This document shows positions 37,078 to 50,317 of a stretch of DNA of 64,000 nucleotides, piece after piece. Positions within the stretch are counted from its first letter, which is position 1, and each line of letters opens with the position of its first letter. Source of the stretch: Callorhinchus milii (taxonomy: Eukaryota); NCBI RefSeq assembly GCF_018977255.1, contig NW_024704743.1, positions 112,718,001-112,782,000 on the forward strand, in the 5' to 3' direction. Both the position numbers and the translations under genes were made by a program. The notes under the pieces were generated by a model, which did not search any database, was not told the DNA's origin, and was given only the letters and a program-made list of their open reading frames with translations.

Positions 37078-37590
37078 ATTGACAGTTAATTCACTTTACA
37101 GTATATTCTGTGAGACGCTTTGAGACGTCTTGAAGACGTGAAAAGTGCTATATCAAATGCAAGAATTATTATTATATCCTCGTCCAACTCCACTGGCTTT
37201 GCATTACACAGAGAATACAGTTCAAGATCCTGGTCCTCACTTCAAAGCCCACCATAGCCTCTTTCCCCCTTACCTCTGCAACCATCTAACCCCATACCAT
37301 TCTGCCCGCTCCCTCCACTCAGCGGGCACCGGCCTGCTTCATGTCCCCCGCCTCGCCCCCCCCACCATTGCTGGGTGAGCCTTCAGCCACTCTGCCCCAC
37401 CCACTGGAACTCATATCGCAGTTCCTCCGTCTTGCCCCCTCCCTTGCCTCCTTCAAGACCCATTTCAAGACCCTCCTCTTCGACCGTGCCTTCGATCACC
37501 CCCAGCCCTCCATCCTCCTCGGGTCTGGATCACTGACTGTCCAGCTCCTTAGAACGTGAAGGGTGGGATACAAATGTAATGTTGTTCATT
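37078..37590 (+). mobile_element. SINE tail followed by L2 3' fragment
   Basis: Tail motif, then LHWL..TQRIQFKIL-like sequence. Confidence 0.8.
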
Positions 37591-40500
37591 AACACTGATT
37601 GCAACTCATTGTGGAACAGTGAGCAGTAGTTTTATGTGTCTTAAGTGGTTTGATATGCATCAATTTTCATGACACTGTTGGTATGTCGTTTTCAGAAGAT
37701 ATAAAGATGTGTTATACATCTTCTGTTTTAAATTTCACTGAACAGTATCTTCTGAAATGTATCACAAGGAATGAATGTTTTTGAAAAAGCAAACGTAGCT
37801 CAGCATTGATGTGGGTAAAGTCTCTGTTAAGCAAACTTTAGCATGTTAGGATTTATCTTTCAAATCTATTAAATAAAACAGAATGTTCTGGTTACAGGCC
37901 AGTCTTGGATGTGCAGGACCTATTTCTGAATTCTTTGCACTTTGATCCATAAACTGATGAAGCACTAAAGTAATGGAATACAATAAGAATAATCCTTAAA
38001 AAAACTGAACTTCAGGACTATACAAAACAATTATTTCAAAACAAGTTCTCTCCAGATGATGCAGTGTGCTTCTTGCGCAGTTATAGAACAGTGTACATCA
38101 ACAGTCTAGTACTTGCCCAAGTGGTCATTCTGCACACTATAAGCATAGACATTGTGTGATAAACTGGAGAGCCTGGGAAACCAGAGCTCAACCTGTCCAG
38201 TCAAGTGGACATTCAGCAGTTAGTGATCGGGCATCGGAATTCTTCTTTCACCCTTTTAGTCCAATGATATTGAGTTAATTTGTCGCCTGATGTTGTCTTG
38301 GCTGAGAGAGACTCTGAGCGTAGCCCTAAGAGATTGAACTTGAGATATTCTGTTTGTCTCGGTAGCCTATTTTGTTGAGGGTTCACCCACAGAGTCACCA
38401 GTTGACAAGGGTTAAGGTCAAGAATTATGTCTGCCATTCTTGGCTTGGATTTGAGATTATGACATGCAGGATAGTTGTATGACTTCCCTTCCTGTAATCC
38501 AACTCTCAAGTAAGTGGGGTCACATGGTTGTTTTGCATTATTTATCCTGATTTTGTACGCAGTTTTTGATGCCTGAGTTGTATAAGTGCTACATAACTGC
38601 TGGTCAGTAGTTTTAGGGATTACTTTGAATTGCAGAACCTCCAGCTATATAAAGCTTGCTTTTTAAATTTTTTAGTAAAACATTTTGAAATGAAAGTTAG
38701 CTCTGTAACACCATTTGGTTTACTAATTGCCGTTTTAGCTCCTTCAATCGGTACAAAGTACAACTCTTTGTGCAAATGTAACAGAAGCATTACTGCTGGA
38801 CTTGAGTTGGCTACACATATGCTTGTTTGGTCTATAAAGATACATAAAAAAATATTGGTCACAATAAAGCTGGAAACAGACTACGGATCAAACACACACT
38901 TATCTAGACTTGTGCGAATGTTTGGTGATGGGGGGGGGCTTCTTGGTGGCCCTACGGCCCAAAACCGGCCCATAGGGTGCAGTTTGGCCAGCAGTGCACT
39001 AGAGGGACCAGTGTAGCTATGTTGTCATTTGGAGAGTCAAATAACAATCGCTATTTTGAGGTTGTACTTAATAGTTCTACATTTCAGTGTACAGTATTGG
39101 TTTTATTTTATTTCCAAAATTTAATTCCATGTAAAACCATATGGTGCATTATGAACTGGTAGTATCTAGTTTTGTTATAATTGGTGTCAAATGCATCAAA
39201 CATCACAGCTATTGTATTAATTTAGACAGATTCATATGGTAAACCTATTATTTTACCCACTAAAATAATTTTAAAATTAATATTGCTTTTTCAACAACAA
39301 CAAAATTACATTTGTATAGTGCCTTTCACGTTGAGTGGACATCCCAAGGCCTGGGGACATCCTTGTTTCAATGTTTTAATGTTTTAGATACACTCACATT
39401 GGAATTGGTTGGACAAGGCAGCTTTAAATAAACACAATATGGGATGCATTGTATGAAAAATAATAATAATAATCCTTGCATTTGATATAGCGCCTTATCA
39501 CATCTTTGAGACGTCCTAAAGTGCTTCACAGAATATCTGTAAAGTGAATTGACTGTATATTTTGTGGGTGAAATGTACTTGATGTACCTTCTGAGGTGAT
39601 CAAATGTTTTGCACATCCAAATTATTGTTAAAAGTTGCCCAACTTTAGACTTTGAAGTTGAATATTTTAATATAGTTCAGGAAACTCCTGCATTTGTACT
39701 TTAGAACTCCACTAATGCTGCAGTGCTTTTCCTTCTGTGTAATCATGTCTATTACTGCAGATTATGTTATAGAAATTCAATACTACCATGACTGAGAGAG
39801 AAAAGAGCGATAGAGGAAAGAGAAAAGCTTACTCTCTCCCCAGCAAAACGTCCTCTTGGAGCAGCGGCAGGAGCCAGCGGTTGTGAGGACTAGGTTGGTA
39901 ACGTTACCTTCCCGTCAGCTCGAGAGACTTCCTGACACCACATTTGTACAGTAGCAGGGAGAGCAGCCATTCTTGCTGTCAGTTAGTGAGCCGCATGCAG
40001 AATGAGATGGTTGAGAGAGTGATTGAGATGGAGGGGGAGAGAGAGAGAGAAGAGGAGAGAGAGAAACAGCGAGTATGAGAGAGAAAGAGCAGAGCGGGCA
40101 AACAGGGCATCTGGCCCTCAACAGCCAAAAGGTTGGATCACTCGTGAAACAATCTTTATAAGAGTTTCTTTTCCAATGAAGCAGTTCTGTTTGGTTGTGC
40201 CATTCATTGTACAATACGTTTTCTGCACATAATGTGCAGTACTATATTTGGGAAGAATGGGCTACCATAACATTAATATGCATGGATTAAAAATGGTATA
40301 GAAACCTTGCCTTAGTGTCATTAGCCAGTACAGTACTTGTGTAATTGTTATGTGTTAGTCATATGAAATCCAATTTGTGTGTATGTTACATAATTCATAT
40401 ATAATACGTGACTTATTCAAGCTTGCCATAATTCATACTTTGCATAAGTCATATTAAGTGGTATGATACAACTGATGCAACTTATGTGAGTGCTACTGTA

Positions 40501-40769
40501 AGCTATACATTTCCTCACATTTGCAGCTCAAATACCTTTCAAATATTTAAATAACATATTTAGTTATTTACATTTCATGCTCTCCACAACCGCAATTAGC
40601 TACACTTTACCAACCATTTTCGCCTACAAAACACAGTCACTCCACCTTACAGTATATCCTGTAAATCATTTTAAGGTGTTTTCCTGAAATGAAAGGTGCT
40701 ATACCAAACGTAAGGAATATTATTGTTATTTGCAAGACAAAAAATCAATTTGACTTCTTTGGTTAGCTA

Positions 40770-41080
40770 TAATAATACTAACCCTTGCATTTGGTTTAGC
40801 GCCTTTCACATCAGGAAGTCGCCCAAAGCGCTTCATGGGATATACTGTAAAGTGGAGTGACTGCTTAGAATGAACCCCATAGCTAACCCCATAGCACACA
40901 CAATATCCCACAACAGTTATGCAGACAGGGACTAATTATTTGGGGGACTGTTTACCAGGACACTGGGAGAACCACCCTTCTTCAAATAATGACACAGTAT
41001 CTTTAACATCCACCTGAATAAGGAGACGGGGCCTCGGTTTAACGTCTCATTCAAAGGACAGCGCATCCAACAATGACCAC
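40770..41080 (-). mobile_element. Old DeuSINE-type SINE
   Basis: Reverse complement contains tgagacgttaaaccgaggccccgtc...ggatgttaaagat...gaagaaggg. Confidence 0.75.
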
Positions 41081-41902
41081 AACCATGGAACTGTAGGTTC
41101 AGGAAGGAAGGGGGTGGGTTGGGGGAACTTTTTGCTGCTCTATTACAGTGGCACAGTGACTAAGTGACATTGGTTTCTCTGCCATAGGATCACGTCATTT
41201 TATGAAGGGTGTGTACTCCTGGCTTATTGAACTTTTAGACTAATTCGAATAGAATCATAGAATATTACAGCAAAGAAAGAGAACATTCGGCCCAATGTGC
41301 CTGCGCCAGTTCTTTGGAAAAGCCCCAAGCATTCCCACTCCTCCACTCTTTCCCCATACCCATGCAATTTTTTGCTGTCAGTATGAATACTTTTTTTCCT
41401 CACCAAAGTTTGAATGTTATTGAATTAACATTGTTATTTTCTGTGTTTTGGATACTCGGACATAATAATTTGTATACAAGTTGGTATTTTCTAAATATTT
41501 TGAGTGTCTTAAAGTACACAGAAATATTGGATGTTTAGTTTATTGCTTATTGAGATCTGTAAGATCGCTGGATCTTTTTGTTGTAGAATTTGGACACCGA
41601 ATGGAATGTTTTGCTTGGAGAAAAGCTAAACTAACATGGTAGTGATTTCTTTAGTGGTGTGCGTAGTATATTGTACAATAATCTTGGATCACTGATTGGT
41701 GTACTTCATTTGCAAGATGTTCCTATTTAGTTAATTATAACAACTTGTTAGCTTTTTCTGGGTGAGCGATTTACAGCAGAGCTCCAGGTTCCGATTTTAC
41801 CATGTCGGTTATCAACCTAGAGATTTGGTAGTGAACCTTATGAAATGGCACTTGCGCGAATTGTAGTACCCCTAGTTGGCGAACAGGTTTGTGAAGTTGA
41901 TC

Positions 41903-44763
41903 ATAACAACAACAACTTGGATTTATATAGCACCCTCCATGCTGGACAGCGTCTCAGAGAGCTTCACAATAACGGATCCCGGGGCCGAGCCAGGGGGAGG
42001 GGGAAGAAGTTGACCAAAGGCGCGGTTGAAAAGAAAGGTCTTTAGCCGAGACCTGAAAATAGGAAGAGAGAGGGCGAGGCGAAGGGAGTGAGAAAGGGAG
42101 CTCCAGAACCTCGGGGTGTAGTGGCTGAAGACATGGCTGCTGATGATGGAGCAGAGGAATCGGGGGACGAGGAGGAGACCAGACCTGGTGGAGCAAAGGC
42201 ATCGGGCACTGTCGTGAGGAGAGAGGAGGTCAGAGAGGTAGGGGGGTGCAGAGGAGTGGAGGGATTTGAAAACAAGAGTGAGGATCTTGTAATCGATTCC
42301 TTTCTGGGATAGGCAGCCAGTGCAGTCTGGCAAGGACTGGGGTAATCGGGGAGGCGAGTTTGGTACAGGTAAGAATGCGGGCGGCAGAATTCTGGATGAC
42401 CTGGATTTTGTGAATGGTAGTGGAGGGGAGACCGGCGAGGAGAGCATTTGAATAGTCCAGCCGAGAGGTGACGAAGGCATGGACCAGGGTTTCGGCAGCT
42501 TTTGGGGTGAGATATTGGCGGAGACGAGAGATGCGTCGGAAGTGGAAGAAAGCGGTGCTGGTGAGGGACCGGATGTGGGGGAGGAAGGATAATTGGGGGT
42601 CGAACCTGACTCTTAGGTTGCATAGGGATTCGGAGAGCTTTAACCTAGTTTTAGGGGGAGGTTGGGTTGGTGGAGGACGTGAGAACCGTGCGATTGAAGA
42701 CTTTGACGAGAGCCAAAGAGTATGGCTTCCGTATTGTCAACATTTAGCTGAAGGAAATTTGTGCTCATCCAGCTCCTAATGTCTGACAGGCAGGCTGACA
42801 GAACATCAGGGGACTGGGGGTCACAAAGTGAGGTGGAAAAATAGAGTTGGGTGTCGTCCGCATACATGTGGAAGTGTACCTCATGTCTGCGGATGACATC
42901 CCCAAGAGGGAGTATATAGATTAGGAAGAGGAGGGGGCCAAGGATGAATCCTTAGGGTACCCTGCATGTAACTGGGTGAAAGTGGGAGGAAAAGCCGTTT
43001 GTGGAGATGTACTGCTGGGCAGTTTGTGAGGTAGGACTCGAGCCAGGCAAGTGCGGTCCCACTGAGGTGGGTGACGGAGGAAAGGCGGTGGAGGAGGATG
43101 GCGTGATCGGCTGTGTCAAAAGCGGCGGAGAGGTCCAGGAGGACAAGGATGCAGAGGGAGCCCTGGTCACAGATAGAGAAGATGTCGTTTGAAACTTTCA
43201 CAAGCGCAGTTTCTGTACTGTGAGCAGGGCGGAAGCTGGACTGGAGGGGTTCGAAGAGGGAGTGGGAGGAGAGGTGTGCGCAGAGTTGATTGGCAACAAC
43301 GCGTTTTAGGACTTTGGCAAGGAAGGGCAGGTTTGAAATAGGGTGGTAGTGGCTGGGGTTTGAGGGATCTAGGCAAGGTTTTTTGAGGAGGGGGATAATG
43401 ACAGCAGTTTTGAGGGGGGGCAGGGATTGATCCAGAGCAGAGGGACTGATTGATGACATCAGTCAGTGATGGGCAGAGGAGGGGAAGCTGGGTGACCAGC
43501 AAGTTAGTGGGGAGAGGGTCAAGGCAGCAGGTGGTGGGTTTCATCGAAGTGATGGTGGGTGAGAAGGAGGAAGGAGAGATGGGGAGGAAGGAATGTAGGA
43601 TGGGGGTCATGGTAGGAGCTGATGGTGGAGAGGGTGAGAGGGACGGAGAGGGGGTAGTTTTGGGTGACAAAAGGCAGGAGGATGAGGCTGCCTGGCAGAT
43701 ATTATTTATTTTAGTTGAAATGAAGTCCATGACCTTCTCTCACTTGGCATTTGATGTGAAGATTGAGGATGCCTGAGGGGGCGCACAGAGGAGGCAGTGG
43801 GTGGTGGAAAAAAGGACTTTAGGATTGGTTTTTGCCTCCAAGATGATGTTGGAGTAGAAGGCCGTTTTTGCATGCGTCAAAGAACGGCGGTAGCTGTGGA
43901 GATGCTCGGGCCACAGTTGGTGGTGAATTGTCAAGGCCAGTTTTCTGCCATCTGTGCTTGAGCAGCCGGTTTGGGATTTTAGGCAGTGGAGATGGTTGTT
44001 ATACAAGGGGGATCGGATTGGTTTGAAGATGGTCCTGGATTTCAGGGGGATGAGAGAGTTGAAGATGAAGGAGAGGCGATCATGGAGCAGCTGGACGGCC
44101 ACTTCAGGATCTCTGCGGGTGGAAGGCCAGAGGGATAGTATATCGGAGGATGTGAGGACCTTTGTGAGGGTCTCAGGGGTAGCCTTTTTCATGGGCGATA
44201 GAGTATGGTTGAGGGCTTGGTGGAGGAAAGAGGAATGTGAGAGGAGAAGGAGATGAGGAAGTGGTCCAAGTTGGCCTTGTCCATTATGCTCAGGTCGGAA
44301 ATGTCAAGGGTGTAGGTGATGAAGACGTCGAGGGCATGGCCATAGTTGTGAGTTGGTGAATTTATATGAAGGGTGAGGTTTAGGGAGGAGAGGAGGGCAG
44401 TGAAGTCAGAAGATGTGGTGCAAAGGGAGTTAGGTGGAGATTGAAATCGCCCATTATGAGCAGGCGTTCGGAGGGACAGGGAAGAGAGGAGAGTAGAGAT
44501 GTCAGAGAGGATGAAGCCAGGGGGCTTAGGGGGGCAGTTAGACCAGAAGGATCTTCAATGGGCGAGAGGGATGGAAGAGGGTGAGGTGCTCAAAAGAGGG
44601 GAAGCATCCAGAGGATTAGGGGGAAAGACCAAGGGAAGCTTTGGAGAAGGCCACTCCGCCGCCATGTTGGTTTGGACGGGGAGTGTGGTGGAAGGTGTAT
44701 CCTGGAGGGGAGGCTTCAACTAGGGGGACGGGGTCATTGGGGGAGACCCAGGTTTCTGTAAGC
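41903..44763 (-). mobile_element. ~2.9-kb L2 LINE with APE endonuclease and RT remnants, frameshifted
   Basis: LTETW, PPGYTF, GGGVA, GDFN; YHPISNLPFLAKVL, HSTETAL, LDLSAAFDT, MYADD; (TTG)n tail. Confidence 0.93.
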
Positions 44764-45979
44764 TTAAACCTTTCATAGGTGTTAAAACTAAGTTAAATTG
44801 AACCATTCGTGAAGCTCCAAGATTTTTATTATTATTACCTTCTATCAATGACTTTACTTGCTTGTCTGTTCCTCTTGATGTGGATTTCTTCTAACTTTGT
44901 GTCTGATACTCTGTAAATTTTGGGCAGCCAGTGGAATGGACGTGTGGAGATTTCTCTTTGCCAAATTAACAAATAGCAATCTGTTTTTCTGGGTGTGCTC
45001 TCTTTAATGAGCTTTAACATGCTGCAGAGTTTACATGGGTTTAGCATAGTGTTTCTTGAATCTGTACCAACTTTGCGCTATAGTTCTTAAGGTATTGTTA
45101 GTTTCACGGAAGTGGGTTGGAAGACCACCTCGAACATAAAGTCAGACTTCACAAAATTTAGAGTTTATGTACCTTTATAATTCACAGAATTCCACTCTGT
45201 GATCCATTTCAGCCGCGCTGGTGGTTTACCCAGGGCACAAATCTAATTGTTAGCAGACTTATTCTTCAATGTGCCAAAAGTAGAGTTCCTCTGTTTGAGT
45301 CAGTTATACCAGTTCACTGTAAAACAATTGTAGCTAGAAGCTTGGCATGCATTTGTTCCAGTTTTAACACCGCTTTAGTTATGCTGTAGTTTTGGATCAG
45401 CAATATTGTTCTGAAGTGTGGTCCAATGGGGAAATCGCTACCTTCTCTGTTAAAATGTACAGTTCAACTGAAAATTGACCAGTGGCATTTATTAATGACT
45501 GGACTATACTAATGCTGTAGTGTCAGTAAACTGAACATTTTGCCTGAGGTAGTAGTCTGCAATTCCTGTTTGAACACTATTCAGACATCTTAACAGACTA
45601 AAATAAGTTGGTGAAGTTGATCATTTATTTCAGCTGTTTAGATGCTGTTGACATTTTGACATTGACCGTTCCTGTTTCAAGTTCTATACGTTGAGTTGAG
45701 TTACAGACTATGAGACGGTTCTTTCATCCTTATATGCACACCCATGATACGGCTCGCTCTCCCTCACAGTGGTGTTCTCTGTGTTCAATTCTCACTAATG
45801 AATGCAAGTCCCTATAAATAGGTGTAACTTGACTAGTGAGTTCTTCCACAACAACAGGTACTACCAATTACTATTTAAATTGGTTTAAAGTAAATTGGGA
45901 AATTTCGGTCAATCAGAGGTTTATTTTACACCTCTATGACCTAGGCTGAACCTGTTTGTGTATTCCCTCCTTTGATTTT

Positions 45980-46220
45980 TCAAAGCGCTTCACAGAATAT
46001 ACAATAAAATGAATTGACTGTATATTTGTGGGTGAAACTCGGCAGCCAATTGCGCACAGCAGCGTCCCACAAACAGTCGTGGATTGATTGACCAATTTTT
46101 TTGTTTTTTTTGTGAAGGAATTATTACCCCCGGAAAAGCGATTCGCCAATCGGCTAACAACTGGGTTCCTACTTACTGCTAGGTAACAGAGGTGTGTGGA
46201 GTAAGGAAACTTGCTCAACC
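45980..46220 (-). mobile_element. SINE, long form, partial
   Basis: Central segment and body, no head. Confidence 0.85.
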
Positions 46221-46364
46221 TTTTTGAATTAATTTGAATTAATCCCACATTTTATTGGAATATCTTCACTAATGTTTATCTGCTTCTGTTTCCAGCTCCC
46301 AGGACCCCATCAGAAGAAAATTTATTGGGGGGGGGGGAAACAGTAGATCACCACTGTAGGAATA

Positions 46365-46368
46365 ATGG
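46365..46368 (+). CDS. ELOC: ELOC start exon (ATG G; exon ~46296-46368)
   Basis: aataATGG|gtaagt; tttccag acceptor at 46295; G+AT forms the Asp2 codon with the next exon. Confidence 0.85.
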
Positions 46369-46621
46369 GTAAGTATTAATGCCAGGTGACATATTTAAAA
46401 ATTGAAAAGCTTTCTATCCTGTGTGTAAATGTGTGTCAAAAACAATATTGTCGCGTGTCGTCAACAGCAGAATCACGTTACATCTAGCAGAGGGTTAAGA
46501 AGCATTGTTTTCCAAATTTCTTACATTCCATCCCTGTTAAGATGCTAAAATGTTTAAGATGTTCCATGGTCATTGTTCTGGGACAAAACGCAAGTTTCTT
46601 CACAACTAGAATTGCTAAGCA

Positions 46622-47363
46622 GGAGTCCAGAACCTTGGGGTCTTGTTTGACCCTCAACTATCCTTTCTACCCCACTTCTGCGCAATGACCCGGTCTGCCT
46701 TCCCCCACCTCCCCAACATCACCCGGCACAGCCACTGTCTCACACTGCAGGCCGTCGAAACCCTCACACGTACTTTCATTAGATTGAGGCTCGACTATGC
46801 AAACTCATTGCTTGTTGGTCTCCCCAACTCCTCCCTCCACAGGCTGCAGATCATTCAGAACTCTGCAGCCCATGTCCTCTCCCGCACCAGGCTCCGAGAC
46901 CCTATCACCCCCATCCTTTCCCGACCCCACTGGCTTCCCATCACACAGAGGATACAGTTCAAGATCCTGGTCCTCACGTTCAAAGCCCTCCAAGGCCTTG
47001 CTACGCCCTACTTCTGCGACCTCCTAAATCCCTACCATTCTGCTCGCTCCCTCCACTCAGCGGGCTCCAGCCTGCTTCACGTCCCCCTTCTCGCTCACCC
47101 CCATTGGTGCCTGGGGCTTCCGCCACTCTGCCCCCACCCTCTGGAACTCCATCCCCCCAGTCTCTCCTCCTCGCCCCCTCCCTTGCCACCTTCAAGACCC
47201 ATCTCAAGACCTTTCTCTTTGACCGTGCTTTCGATCTCCCTGCTTCCCCTCCTACCCTCCACCCTACCTGACTCACAGCTCGGGTCTGTAACTCTGTCTG
47301 TCCAGCGCCTTGGGACGTCCTCCCGATGTGAAAGACGCTTTACAAATGTAATTTTGTTGTTGT
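46622..47363 (+). mobile_element. L2 3' fragment
   Basis: ORF 46643-47365: RLDYANSLL...LQIIQNSAAHVL...HWLPITQRIQFKIL; tail. Confidence 0.92.
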
Positions 47364-48178
47364 AGAATTGAATGAGTCCTTTGAAACTTCCTTGAAACAG
47401 TTATTTGTTATATTCAAAGGTCTTTTGCTCGATATGAATAGTTCTCTGAAAATATTTATCTGGGAAGGTCTTTTGGGGGGAGAATAGCCGGTCTGAACAA
47501 GAGATGAGAGAGAAGTGATGTGCCTGATTGTTCTCTGTACTGTGATGAAAAAGTACAGTTTTGCAAAGCAAGGAGTCCTACCTCTGAGCATATATCCAGA
47601 GGATTCGTCTTCATGCGGGCACAGCTGTTGGCCAAAGCCCCTCGCGTGAGGACTTGGATTAAACAACTAATGCTGCGTTAACTTGGTACTCAGCATTGGA
47701 TTTGGACCTCTAGAACATCAAAAGCTCTCCTGTAAAGGTACTCCCATCATGCTTTCGGCAGATCTTTATTTAGGAATGTCTGGTCGGTCTAGCTGATGAG
47801 GAAACTCTGGGGCTCGGGGCGACAGCTGCTGGAAAGATTTAACTGGACTCCAGGATCGTAACCACAGGGAGTTCCTGGAACCTGGCGTCCAACTAGTGAG
47901 GGCTCAAAACTACTTTTCACATGTCAAATGATCAACTAGTGACTGTCCTCCTTGGAGGGGAGGTGTGTGGGTTCTCCTTGGAGCTGAACTGACAGTATTT
48001 CAGAGCACTCCTCATGGCAACGCAACCAGCCTGAGTCACTGGTAGGGCTTGGAATCACAGGGAATTCAAGGAACGTCCTCAGGCGCTAACAACCTTGTTA
48101 TCTCAACATTGGTTTACAATATATCATTTATTTTTTTAAGTTGTGGTCAGACAGATATGTTTTATTAAACTGTATTAA

Positions 48179-48355
<177 letters not shown>

Positions 48356-48754
48356 TAGCACATTGGTTATTATACAAAAGAACCATATAGCTTGTTGTGA
48401 AGCTTTTATTATGTATCCTTGTCAATTTGTCTCACCCCCTCCCACCCTCCATGGCCAATCTCTTTTGTAGCCTTCATTTGTGTTAAATTTTGTGACTATA
48501 CACCAATGCCGTTATATGGTACAATGCAGAGTGGATCTACTTGGCTGATATACCAAATTTCATGTATGAGTCACTTAATGTCTTTTCCATACCTTCTCAT
48601 CTTTAGAATTGTGCTCTTGGGCTTCCTTCAATTTTTATCCATTTACTCAGTGAAAACCCCATAAATGGAGAATAAACATTGTTGACGGGGCATTCCAAAT
48701 CTACTTGTGATTCCTGAGCAATATTATTTGCTAAACACTGCAGATCAATTGGAA

Positions 48755-49045
48755 CTCAGTGGTTAGAGCACTCGCCTCGAAAGCGACCTGGGTTTGATTC
48801 CTCGTAGGGTGTAACCTTGGGCAAGTTTCCTTACTCCACCCACCTGATAATAATCCCTTAAGAAAAAAAACTAATAATTTGATCACTCAATCATGACTGT
48901 TTATGTGACACTGTTGTGCACAATTGACTGCCGTATTTTGCCCACAAATACAGTCCATTCACATTTATAGTCTATTCTGTGAAGCGCTTTGAGACATCTC
49001 CATAAGACGTGAAAAGCGCTATATCAAATGCAAGGATTATTATTA
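48755..49045 (+). mobile_element. SINE, short form
   Basis: Head through (ATT)n tail. Confidence 0.88.
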
Positions 49046-49189
49046 AGTCTAGGTTTGAAGCTTGGACAACATCAGCAACAAGTACTGTGGTAATGGATCT
49101 GCCATTGCTGTGACAATAAGCCAGATAGAAACTGCTTTGCAATGATCACGGTTATTGTCATCTTCTCTAACCGAACTATGGCATTGTGA

Positions 49190-49590
49190 ACAACAACAAC
49201 TTGGTTTATATAGCGCCACTTACACAAGGTAGTGACCCGGAGCCCTTGAAAGTGGTGGAGCACGACAACGAACCGGGGGGAAGGGGGAGGTGACCGTAGG
49301 CACCGTCAATGAGGAAAGTCTTCAAGCGCGACCTGCAGATGGGGAAGGATGGGGTAAGACTGAGGGATAGAGAGGAAGAGTGTTCCAGAGTTTTGGGGGG
49401 TAGAACGCTGAAAGTGCAGCCGCTAATAGTGGAATGGAAGGTACGAGGGACATGCAGAAGGCCAGTCGAGTGGAGGCAGTAAGGTAGTAAGCAGATTCGA
49501 GAGGTAGGTAGGTAGGTGCCAGGGCAGGAAGGGATTTGAAAACGAGCGTGAGGATTTTGAAATCAATCCGTTCAGCAATGGGATGGAGCA
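49190..49590 (-). mobile_element. Old L2 3' fragment
   Basis: PIAERIDFKILTLVFKSL; (TTG)n tail. Confidence 0.8.
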
Positions 49591-50101
49591 TGGCTAGAAC
49601 TGGGTTGCAGTGTTTGCCCTTTTCTGATTAACAAATATTTCTGTATAATGCGAACAGATGAGAATGAATCAGTGGCACTTACTACTTAAACCTTTGTATT
49701 TTGAGAGAGGGGCAGAATAGTACAGGTTTTAAGGGATATTGTGAAAGGGTGGGCATTGGGGCCAAAAAGTCTGCCAGCATCCAATAACCTAGATCAACAG
49801 CCTAAATGGCTTCTTCTTCCTGTCTTAATATATTTCCTATTCATATCTTTTGATTAAATGTAGGAAACTACGTTTAAACAGATAAGAATTAAGAAATGGG
49901 GCAAAGTTATTGACTGATGTTCCATCTGAATGCTTAACCTCACATTGGGATCTCGTAGAGTATCCTAAAGTGCGAGGAGAGGTTTCTGCAATAAAATTGG
50001 TAATCATTTCAAAACTGAATAATTTTTTGTTGCTCTTTCAAGTAACATAATCTATAAGTATTTAACAAAATCTTTGGAGCTGAAAATAATTTGTGTCTTA
50101 A

Positions 50102-50317
<216 letters not shown>

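Noticed and set aside
47542..47590. GTGATGA...CTGA as a C/D box snoRNA in an ELOC intron
   Set aside because: Only ~46 nt with no convincing terminal stem.
47790..47810. CTGATGAGGAAAC as a hammerhead ribozyme core
   Set aside because: No stem II between CTGATGA and GAAA, and no flanking helices found.
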